Shown here piece after piece: positions 46,826-58,400 of a DNA stretch of 64,000 nt. Source of the DNA: Paragordius varius. Lineage: Eukaryota; Animalia; Nematomorpha. Position 1 is the first letter of the stretch. The number at the start of each line of letters is the position of its first letter. The DNA lies in NCBI GenBank assembly GCA_964247055.1, contig OZ176052.1, positions 3,286,001-3,350,000 on the forward strand, read 5' to 3'. The position numbers were made by a program, and so were the translations under genes. The notes beneath the pieces were generated by a model that saw only the letters and a program-made list of their open reading frames with translations, made no database searches and was not told where the DNA came from.

Positions 46826-49800
46826 ATGCTTTGGCTCACACCCTTATTGCATATTTTATTTTTATTCGGTTTACCATACAAAAAATCTTTGGTGAGTGCT
46901 CATAAGTTAGTAGAATTTCCTTTAACCCAATTAGTTCGTTTGGGTGAAATTAATATTGGGGCTTTGTATGAAATTTTTGAACGGAACCCAAATCGACCCC
47001 ATATGTGTAGCAATGTTTACAATGACTATACCATAGTTAATGCCTTGAGTGTCCCCTACACGCTGAGTGTTTGGAATGAAAAACTGTTTCGACCCGAATA
47101 CAATGTTAGTTTGGGTTTTATCATACTACCAACATGTCGGAAACAAGCAACTGCCCAAGTTAATTTTTTTTCATATTGGGTTTTTTATGGTACGCTGGTT
47201 AATTTCTAGAACAAATGGCTAATTTCTCATACATTTTTATATAAAAATTTAAATTTTTATTTACATAAAAACCATTCTCCTTTTGCCACAAATTACAGTG
47301 TATAAGCATAACTTTTCATCATAAGGAAATTATACATTACATAGGTTCAAAGTATTATGTTCAGTCGCATGAAGGACCAAGTTAATCTGAGAGGTTTGAT
47401 TGGGCCAACATCCAGTTATGAAGGCGAGTTTATCTCAGAATATTTGGGTTTCCATAATATCCCACACATTAGTCCAGAAATAAATTCAGCTGCGTTGACA
47501 AATAAAAGGTTTATTTTGCTAATTTTTTTATATGAACCTTAAGTATATTGATAATTATTAAATTTTCTGATTAAAAGATTTGATATTATTTAACTGTTAA
47601 GTCATTCCGTTATTATGTGGAATAAATATAATTAAATATTTAAATGTGATCGGTGTGCTTTTGGAAAGAAAATTATTTAAATGTCTAACTAATCCCACAC
47701 AATCAATTAAATTGTTTAAACCAGCGGTTCTACCGAAAACGCCCCTAGTATTCTAATTTTTAATCCTATTTAAAATTAATAATTAATACATGTTTTCGCA
47801 ATCAATTTATAGATTCAATAGCTTATTTACCATAACAACAAACCAAAGGGTGTATTTAAATGCCATCATAAAACTGTTAATTCACTTTGAATGGAACGAG
47901 ATTACAGCTATTTACTCTGAGTTACCATTTTATCAATGGTTTATTCAGGAAATGAAAACTAGAATGCCAAAGTTAAAGATTTGCCTTGTCAATGCCATAT
48001 TGATTCCCTTTGAGGCTGGTTTGTCGGAACAACAAAAACTTCCGCAAGGCTGGGAAAATTCTAGCCAGATTGTAGAATTCGAAAACTTCTTGAGTCGAAA
48101 AAAGCCAACAATTGTCGTAATGTTATGCACAATCACCCAAAATATTTATACCTTTTTGGCCCTTCAACAAATTAATCTACGTTACAGGACACCCCTTTTA
48201 TTTATAGGGATTGATACTTGGCCCTCTAATTACAACCTTGTGTTCCATAATTTAAGCGATTTCCTCAGAGGGTCTATCGTAATATACGATATTATTACAT
48301 CAACCAACGATGATTATAAACAATGGTTAAGGAGACTTCTAACAACCAACAATACATTGAGGCATGAACCCTGGATAGCCAATCTGGAGAAAAATTTTAA
48401 TGCATTCAATGAAAACCTTAATGTTCTTCTAGACAATCGAATAGCCGTTAATATTGATGCCACTACAGGTTTAATGTATGCACTTGATAATATTATGAAA
48501 AAGTGCAAACTAATGTATAGAGCTGACAAAAAACTTTTCATTCAATGCATAAAAGAATCGAATTTATTACAAAGCATATTGAACGTTAGTTTTAGCGGAT
48601 TAAGTGGCAATATAAATTTTCGTGCGCAACGCGCACACAAGGAAGAATCATTTTTAAGTTATGACAATTATATCCCTGTTAAATTGAATCAATATAATTT
48701 GGTACAAATTGGACAATTTTACGATAGTCGTATCACGCTTCAAAAACCTTTTACTTGGTTTAACTATACTTTTTCGACACCAGCCGAAGCGCCGAAATTC
48801 AGTTGTTCTCCACCCTGTTTGCCAAACCAACAAAAAGTTTCAGGGAGTCGAGTTTGTTGTTGGGGTTGTAGATCATGTTCTGGGAGACGTCAAATATTTA
48901 CACCGCTAGATGAATTGGCTAATAACAGCTTTAATCCATGCATTACGTGCCCATCATTCATGTGGCCCGGGTATAATCATACGTATTGCCGTCCTTTACC
49001 CATTCAGCGAATGTCAAATCTTAGAATGTATCCTTTTCTTTTGTTTGTGGGCGTTGTAGGTCTTGTGCTGACACTATTTCTCATCTTCTTTTATTGGAAG
49101 AACCGAAATACGGCCAAATACCAATTCGAATATCGGCCGCTACTGTATACACAGTATTTGGCTATCTTGTTGGGTTTTATAGCTTTCATGTTACTTATAT
49201 CTAAGCGTACGACTTCAGCGGTATGTGGGAGTGGGCGATTTTTTTACCTCATGTCAACTACTTTAATCTTCAGTACTCTGCTAGCCAAACAATACATCAT
49301 CCTACGCAAACGGGCCAAAGGCAAATCCGTTAAATTTGTGGAAAAAAGGGGATTGATTTTGGTTTTCACAATATCTCTTATACAGGCAAGTTTTTTGAAT
49401 TTAATTTGTAAATTTAAATATATATATATAAAAGGTTTAATTAATAGATGAAGACAAAGGTGGGATAATTGTTTGATAAAATATTTTTATATTTATTACG
49501 CAATTATACATACACATAAAGAATATTTGATTTCGGAGTACATTTGAAATGGGAATCAAAAGTGGTTAAGATTTTTGAAATATACGAAATTAAATTAATC
49601 ATGCATTTAATTTTAGCGATAAAAGTTATGGTTGCATTTATTACTATGTATATTTTATCAAACGATAGCTAATATTAATCATCCTGGATTTCTCTTATGG
49701 TGTACCGTCAAACAAAGTAGAAATAATCCCTGAAACTTTGCAAAGCAATCAAAATCCGTCTGCTAAAAATGCGTCGGGCATAATCAGAAATTTGAAAGTA

Positions 49801-50280
49801 CAAAGATGGTGGACCGGCACTTCCGATATCAAGGGTCTAGCCCATGTGCAAGAATATTGTTCAGCATATCTACAATCTCGTAATTTATATAGTTTATCCA
49901 TCATGTTTCACATGTTGTTATTGGTTATTGTGCTGATACAAAGTGTCATCCTATACCAAAGATTTCTACATTTCAAGGAAATTAATAAGCTACAAATGCA
50001 AACACTAATCATCATTTTGGTTTATACGGTTGGCCTAATCTTTTACAATATTTGGTTTGGATTTAAAGCACACATATGCATACTGCTTGTGTTTGCGATA
50101 ATCCTATTCTCACAAATTTATTATGGCCTATTTGGACTTCAATTGCTAACTACGCATTCGCATTCCTCATCTAAACCCGGGATATCTGGCATGAATACAA
50201 AGAATCAAACAAATCAACTTTCTAAGAATTCTCAAGCACCACCCATTGATGATACAGATATTAGCGGAGTGCCTGGATAA
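46826..50280 (+). CDS. Class C GPCR paralog 3, 893 aa, last intron GC-AG
   Basis: Exons 46826-47158, 47345-47508, 47813-49385 and 49669-50280 total 2682 nt and are open. Motifs: EINIGALYEI, RGLIGPTSSYEG, FIGIDTW, CSPPC, CCWGCRSC, LLAKQYII, FKEI. The donor CAG|GCAAGT lies at the position of the GT donors of the paralogs. Confidence 0.92.
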
Positions 50281-52209
50281 ATCTTGATAATGTTTAATTT
50301 ACCTAGTTAAAAGAATTTGTTTATTGTACAGTATCCGTTGAATATATTTCGTTTTAAATTTTTATATATATCTTATATTACAATATGCATTTCATATTAA
50401 TCCTATATTCTGAAAATTATTATGTTGAAAAAAAACGATTTTATGGACATCTAATATCAATTAATAAATATCAATCATAAGAATTTTTTAACTGTATTTT
50501 ATCCATACCAATTGCGTATATTATAATTCTCTATAAGCCAAATAATAAAAAAATTGTTGTGATGGCTATAAAAGAAAAGAACTTCTAAAAATCAATAAAT
50601 AAAATATATTAATAGCAATAAATATAATAAATAATTTATCTCAGATTTCTATTATTCTACAGTAAAAAATGATTTTTCAACTATTACATAATTAAAAAAA
50701 TGTTTTACCATATACGCTCCATTAATGAAAATCGCACATCTTTCAGTTTTATTCAGGATATTTTACATTACATGGTTTTACTACTTTAAACATACTTACG
50801 GCGCTCAATATATCCTAACACCAGGTATTATTACGCATAATTATCTTTTGATTTTACATACTTTTATGACTAACCAACCAAGTATTTAGATACAAAAAAA
50901 AATTATTTTTCATCTTATACAAATATTAACTTTTATTTTTGAAATGGGACGATTTTGGGTAATTAAAAGGAGGAACATAAAAACGGTGGTTGAATTTTGA
51001 CTCTAGAGATTCTTTATATATTATATATATGTATTTTACTGATGTTATAATTTATAATTAAAAAATAAAAATTAACATCTAACAAAACGTACATTTTTTG
51101 CGATCAGTGTAAATTGTTAAAAATTATTTCTCCGCTTAAACAAGGTAAAGGCATTAATTTACCGTTTTAACAATATGTAAGAGAAGAATAATTCTTTATA
51201 AAGGGGCTAGAATTCTAAACATAAAAATATAACATAGTACTGTTTGAATTGGTGTTCGTATTTTTGACTTCATTTTCTAAAAAACTTTTTTATTCATTGG
51301 CACTCAAAAAAAGTTTTTAAGGGCCAAATAAAATATTTTCTCTAGGGAGTAAACCATAAAATATCGACCTATTGCATAGCTGTTCTTACATATGCAGATA
51401 TTTATTATTAATAAGTTCAGGAAAACATTAAAATGAATAATTCAGGGCTTATAAGGCCCTTCTAGGGCTCCATCAGCTGCTCGGTTTAAGGGCGAGTTTA
51501 AAATTATTACACGAAATGAGCTGAGTTTTATCACCATTTTTTTCCAATCAATGCTTTCGGGTTTTAACAGCATTTTTTTTGTTTAAGGCGTGCCATCAAA
51601 AACATATATTATAAAAAAACGAGAAATTGGTTTCAAAAATTAAAAAAAAATAATTTATTTAAAGAGTTAAATATACGTTTATTAAATAAAAACAACACAA
51701 TTTTAACAAAAATATTTTTCTATCATAATTTCTCATTTCAGAGTTCAATTAAAAACCCCTGTTTGTGGTAAACGTGTGCAAAATTGGATTTAAAGCAGAA
51801 AAATATATAAAACCGTGGTGCTTCCGGTTTCGCGAACACAAGTCATTTAGAAAGTAGCACTTAATGGAAAAAGCTCCAATCAACGCAAATTGTGCTTTTT
51901 TGGTGTAAGCTTAGATTCTCAAATATTTTATTATAATATATCATTAACTCTAATTAAGAGGAGATAATATTTTAATTAAATAATTTGTGGGTGGCTAGTA
52001 TTCTTAATGAAATTTAAACGTACTAAGACTTAACTGTAAGAAGATTTACATATGCTATATTATTACAACAAAATACGTATTGGAAAAAAAATACTTTAAA
52101 ATTTGAATATTGACGAAAACGCATAATGGAAACTGTACTTTAAAAGATATAAATAACAGGATTTCTACATAATTCGAAATTCTGTATATCACCTCATATT
52201 TTTGCTTAA

Positions 52210-52785
52210 CACTTCGATTTAAATTGGGGTATCTGAATACCCCCGACTAAATTTGAATTAGGATTTTTTAAAAAACTACTGATGGAAACGGTCCTAATTT
52301 AAATTTATGCTTCTATCCTAATAAAAGTTATATAAATATGCCAAAATATCCAAATAAAATTTTGTTTTAAAATAAAGTTCCATGTCAAACTACTTCGACG
52401 CCATTTTGATTTTACAAAATTTTTGCAAAATATCGTCTTCATTTAATTTTAAGGGTTAAATTAAAACTAATTTTTTATTTAAATTACATCTAACATGGAT
52501 AGAAATGGAAAAAGCTGTTTATTTTGTATTATTTATCAATTTTACCATTGCATGCATGTCACGTTGATTAAATTTTTACCTTTCGGTTTTAGCTTAAAAT
52601 AAGTAATATCAAGTATTTTTGAATAAAATTTTTATATATTTCGGTTTATTTACATAGGTGCAGGATTTCGCCATGTTTTTGATTCTTTCCATATTTTTTG
52701 AAGAATTTAATTTTAAACAGGTCTGGGGTATTTAACTACCCCAATTTAAATCGAAGGACTAAAATGAATGTGTTGTATCCAAGTG
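52210..52785. mobile_element. piggyBac-like TTAA MITE, copy 2 (most complete)
   Basis: TTAA|CACTTCGATTTAAATTGGGGTATCTGAATACCCCC ... GGGGTATTTAACTACCCCAATTTAAATCGAAG..AAGTG|TTAA, with TTAA on both sides. Confidence 0.8.
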
Positions 52786-52996
52786 TTAAACGATTCGTTC
52801 TTTTACAGTATGAGTAAAATGTTTTGTTAGTTTTTCATTACTTCCCACATTTGAAGTTATTTTTCTCCCTATGCAATTGGTAAATAATTCTCTTTTCTGT
52901 AAATGCTCACTATCAAAATTTAATGAAAAACTAGAAATGCATTTATTTATGCAGTAAGATTAAATATATATTGTGTTCGATTGCGAAGGATTTGGA

Positions 52997-55900
52997 ATGC
53001 TTAGTGAAATACTTCTTCCGGTGTTTTTAACGGCCCGCCCATTGTCCATTTGTTTTAGTGCAAAACATAATAGAGTGGAAATTTTTTCAATAATTTTTAT
53101 TCTTCCAATCTGACAGCGACGACAAATAAAAATCCGACCATATTGAGAGCCTAAAAAAATGTACCGTAAATCTCAAAATATTTTTTAATGATATAAAATT
53201 AGTTAATAAAAGTAAGAGCTTTCGCAGAATATATAATATATTACCATATATCCTCAACAAATACATATTGGGTAGGTTTTTTACTAAATGGCGAATTTAA
53301 CAATTATAGGCCAAAAATCGGAGAAATAAAAATCAAAGAGTCACAGGCGTGTTTTGAAAAAATTGTTTTTTAATGGAATAATTTCCCATTAAATTTTTAT
53401 ATAATTTCTTATATTATTGAAAATAACACATCTGTAATTATTATTTTTGTTTATCTGTAGAAACATGCAATCTAACCATTAAAGGATTCTCTGGTCTTTG
53501 GAGTAGTGTTCATTTACTATCACGAACTGCTCCATTTAGTACAAAAACAGAGTTTGCTTGCATAATCCAAATCATATCTGCCCCCAATCAAATAATTCAT
53601 TTGCAATTTTTTACGAATTTGGTACAAGAAAATACCGAATTATGCGATCGCGAATACATAACCATTGGAGATTATGCATGGGTAGAACGGGATTCGATAT
53701 CGGCGGCAAATAACTCGGAAAATGGTAAAGGCCAAAATAACATATTTATGAATTAGATATACACTCTGAGTAAGTATACATTGCTCGTTTTTCATTGAAT
53801 GTGGCAGATAGTATATACACCAAAGAGAATTATTTATTAGCTACTTATAAAAAGGGAAAAAAATAACGATAAGCCAATAATACTGCCCTTTATGTATATT
53901 CTCTTTGGAAATATTTGATGAAAAATTAACAATGTATACACATAGTCTATATACCCTAAGAGTAGTATTAGGTAGCCTATTACTCAATTTATATAACTGC
54001 TCCATAATATTTTCAACTCTAAATTCAAAAGGAGCACATATGTTGCTTTTTCAATTAAGATACTGTTTTCAACCCTGTTACGAGAATTTGTGTATAAATT
54101 AACAGATCAATTTAGTTATTAATACGATTTATATAAAAATTGTCTTTAATATAAGCATTGATAAATTAAGTCGATGGTGCCATAATTAGATAACTGGCCA
54201 ACAAATGAATTTTATTTTATGTAACATTTTTTATGTTAAATATATTTATTTAGTGAACAATGGCCTGACATTAACTTCGTCCACCATTTTTAATCAATGC
54301 ATCAGCAATGAACTTTGTGAAAATCAACCATTCGATGGTATATTTTGTTCGTTTTTGGTGAATGGTAAATCTTACTATTACTCTGAATACAATTCGGTAA
54401 GGATTGGTATCAAACATGACTTATTTACTCGTATTTCACACAACAGTCGTGGCAAGATGCCCTATCTTAAATTTCGATTCGATTACCGTTTCATAGAAAG
54501 TTTGCGGGCCGAAGCGAGGATCGGTAATGTCGAAAACGTTATACATAATGGATTACCTATACCAAACACCTATTGTGATAAAATATTTGTTGGGTGCGAT
54601 CAAGCCAAAAATTGCAGAGTTCAGTCACCGGGATGGCCCGGCACCTACTTACGTAACATAGCCTGTAAATATTATATTATCAATCCTAAAAGTGGAAATA
54701 AACGGTTTTGGAACGTGCTAACAGCCAGTCTTAGTGAAGGTGATGTCAATTTTCCAGGTTCCGCTAAGAAAGGTGAAACGGCTAATGCCACAGTCCCTAT
54801 CACATGGAAGTTAAATGCCTGCTTTTCCGACCGCATTGAAATTTACGACGGCTTAGAAGCCATCACATCCAATCTAATAACCGTTCTATGTGGGCAAAGC
54901 ACCATACCAGACATTATTACTTCTATGTCAGATATCGTGATTGTGTTCAAGAGTTTACCATTCGGAAAATTTGGTTATTCCGGTTTTGAGTTTATTTTGT
55001 ACAGTGTTCCCGTTTACATGTCGATTGGTGCAGGTTTTATGGTTAAACCTAGGAATAAAGAATGTAAATTTATCGTGGATGGTAGTTTCCGAAACGAAGG
55101 ACAATTTTCGAGCCTTCAACATTGGATTCGTCCTAATACCACATGTACCATAGAATTTATCGGGCATAATCAAATAATCCTCCTAATATTTCAAGAATTG
55201 ACTATATTCCCAGCGAAAATGTGTGGAAGGTTTATTGAGATATCAGAAAATGATTTGGGTAAACAAAATGAAGGGGACAAGAAAAATAAAATTCTAAATC
55301 AAAAAATTCGAAAACACTATAAACTATGTAACACAAAAAGTTACCCAGACATAAATATTTTGAGAACTTCAGTTAAACATCACTTTAGCTCTCTATTTAA
55401 TATATTTTCTAGAGGAAACTCACTGAGGATAAATTACCATGAACCAGAAGGAAGTTTTGATTCAGGACTTTTACGATTTAAAGGACAATATATATTTTTG
55501 AATGTTACTCAACCTTCAAATAGCATTCATGACAATAAAACCATTTGTGATTATGTTATCGAACAAAATACTAATGGGTAATTAATAACCCAGTATAAAT
55601 ATTATAATCTAACAAATAAAATAATTTTAGCTATAGATTTTTGTTTGTTAAAATCAAAAATTTAAATTATATTTATTATTATGATATAGAGAATCCGATG
55701 GAATACTTATAAGCCCACAAAATGACCTACTTTTTGGATTAGGACCGCTAGATCACTTAACTTGTCAGTATGAAATAAGAGCTAGAGAACAATACGATAT
55801 TCACATATCAATTCAACAAATAATGCTTTACTCCAAAGACGAACACGATGATGGCGGGAATTCAAACCCTGAGAATTTGAATTGCACGACCTATTATAAT

Positions 55901-57061
55901 TCCACGACATTGGCCTATGAATGTATATGGCATGGTAAAGATATACATTACAGTCGTCATCTAAGAGTCCTAGCAGGAGATGGGAGAGAATTGGCTTGCT
56001 TCTGTGAAAATACCGAAAACATGATACAAACGATAAGTATGGAGGAACCGGTGCATTTATTCAGATCAGCGCAATCGATCAAAATAATATTCCACGTAAA
56101 TCAAATGCAATGGCCAGAAAACAGTAAAACCATCAATTTTCAACTCAAATATAATTTTCAGCGTGTCACACAATGCAGTTTTAATGATATACATTACACG
56201 TTACAGGGTTTGGAGAGGGGTTCTTTAAATTTTATCCACAAGGTATCACGCCTGATTCCACCGAAACCTACTGCAGAACCAGCTTTAAATTATTCCCTAA
56301 ACATAAAATCCAATTACAATCTTCGTTTAAGTCAGGAAACAAATCAGACAAATAATATGTCATCTAATATGATTGATGATGGAATGGAATCAATAGTCTA
56401 TAATTATTCAGCTTGCATTTGGACATTTAAGGTTGTACATCCATTACATTTTCTCTATTTCAAAATCTTTTTGGGTGTTAACGAAGATTGTGTACAAGAA
56501 AAAGTTATGATTTACACATTGGGACAACCGAAACCGTATATAATACTATGTCAACCGAAGACAAGCAAATATCCGGACAAAATGATAGACTTTTTTTCTC
56601 AGGGTTGGTTTCAGTTAGATTCTATAGCCAATGCTATTCAACATTTTCAAACGGATCAGAACTTGGTCAATACATCATCCATGGTATTTGGAGATTTAAA
56701 TCATCACACGCATGAAACCACTTTTGATTCTATGAATTCGGTATTGGTAGAATTAATAATAAATAATGCACCCTTGGCTCCAACCTCTCCAAATCTCATC
56801 AAGACTCTTGGTTTAAAATGGTTAACTGTCATGAAAACCAAACAGCAATTAGATTTTGTCACCCAAAAATTCACGACCTTAACAAATATATCACTTGATA
56901 TAGATTTGAAAGGCCTTCATAAATTTGTTAAAGAAGAATGTAGCTTTGAATGCCCAGGGGCATGTATTGGCCCATTTATGTGTGATGGGGTCTTTGATTG
57001 CCCTGGTTACTATGATAATCGTACGTTTGATGAACGCCATTGCCAAACATTCAAAAATTAA
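52997..57061 (+). CDS. Extracellular multi-CUB-domain protein with C-terminal LDL-receptor class A-like module, ~1006 aa
   Basis: Exons 53461-53724, 54254-55577 and 55690-57061 are phase-consistent. A putative signal-peptide exon 52997-53057 (MLSEILLPVFLTARPLSICF) is less certain. About five CUB-like repeats are visible (e.g. CRVQSPGWPGTYLRNIACKY..DRIEIYDG..LCG; GILISP..LTCQYEI), plus the LDLa-like CPGACIGPFMCDGVFDCP..DERHC before the TAA. Confidence 0.8.
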
Positions 57062-58067
57062 AATAATAATAATTTTCTTATTACATAAATAAAAGTGTTT
57101 ATGAATGAAGACTTTGACACGCATTTAATTATAAATTTATAACCCTAATCTACACAATCCAATTTTTGGTGTTTATGGGAAATTTTTTATTAGCAGTAAC
57201 CATTTAAACAATAAAAATTCTATTTGATACAGTTATTAAATGATTTATGGTTTGGCATATTTACATCCATAATTAATTTCATAATTTATTATATAAAATA
57301 ATGACTGATTTCGAAATTTATTTATTATATATTTGTTTAAATTTCATATTTTTTGTCTTAAATTTTGGTATTTTTCGCTTTAAATCAATATATTTTATAA
57401 GAATTGTCGATGTTTTCAAATTGCAGTAGAAAATTCCTTAAACTCGTTGAACATGCCAAATATTTAGGCAACATGTGCAGTTTGGTTTGGATCATGCGCA
57501 TCTTGTTCGAAAATGATTCTGATTTTTAAAATATATTCTTATGAAATTATTATGAGTTTTGGCAAGATATGTCAATTAGTATAAAATATTTTTGACTCAT
57601 CCTTACTGTTTTGCTCCCAACTTATGAACTATGTTAAAAATTTATAGAAATCGGTTAACAGATGCTCATATGGATAACTAATTAAGATTGTCTGGTCATT
57701 ATGTGAATACTTTCATTTTTTTAATAAATAGCACAAGAGACATCTTCAATACATCTGCGAAGATTTACTAATTTAGGATATCAATATCTTAATATGTGTC
57801 AATTAACTGTCTATATGTCGGTATTATATAGTAAACGCTGCCCTTGAGCCAAAAAATATTTTTATATGGCCAAATATTTTTATTTTATATATATTTTGAT
57901 AGTGAAATTTATCAGGATCATGGTGCTTTTGGTTTAGGCTAGAACTGATTTAAGAAATTATTTAAATTTTTTCGCTCTCCATACCAGAAAATGACAATGC
58001 GCACAATCTGAGTTTTTTTGCTGACTAAATGCTTCATTCCAAAATATATTAAAATGCAATATAAAGT

Positions 58068-58385
58068 TGACGACAAAGTAAAGTCAATGGTAAATTTATT
58101 GTATATCGTATTGTATAATGATCTATATATATATATATATACATCTAAGATAATTAGGTCTAATGTATTCACATATATCAAGGTGAGATGTTTGCTTTTA
58201 TACAATTAACTCAAGGTATCATAATAATAGTCACACGTGGTGGTGAGGTTATAATAATATAATAATAGTACACAGATAACTTAATAGGTTAATATAATAA
58301 TATATAACGAATGTTGTTTGTGCGGTTAATATAATCGTGTAATAAAAGATTCCATCAAATTAGCCTGTCAGTTATCACTCTAACA
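58068..58385 (-). repeat. 3' LTR (318 bp)
   Basis: Direct repeat of 61687-62032 with a 10-bp deletion between two GAC repeats and a shorter (TA)n tract. Confidence 0.92.
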
Positions 58386-58388
58386 TCA

Positions 58389-58400
58389 CTACCCCCTCCT
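58389..58400 (-). promoter_or_regulatory. Polypurine tract (PPT)
   Basis: Minus strand AGGAGGGGGTAG, 3 nt before the 3' LTR start TGTTAG. Confidence 0.75.

Noticed and set aside
28527-50280. GPCR3 as a chimera (exons 1-2 closer to GPCR2, CRD/TM1-4 closer to GPCR1)
   Set aside because: The last exon shows yet another pairing (1 with 2), so by-eye counts fit a near-simultaneous split equally well. Per-exon trees are needed.
57380-57860. Slightly GC-richer stretch that might be a decayed transposase
   Set aside because: No recognisable motif in the minus-strand frames I translated, and I did not fully resolve the plus strand.
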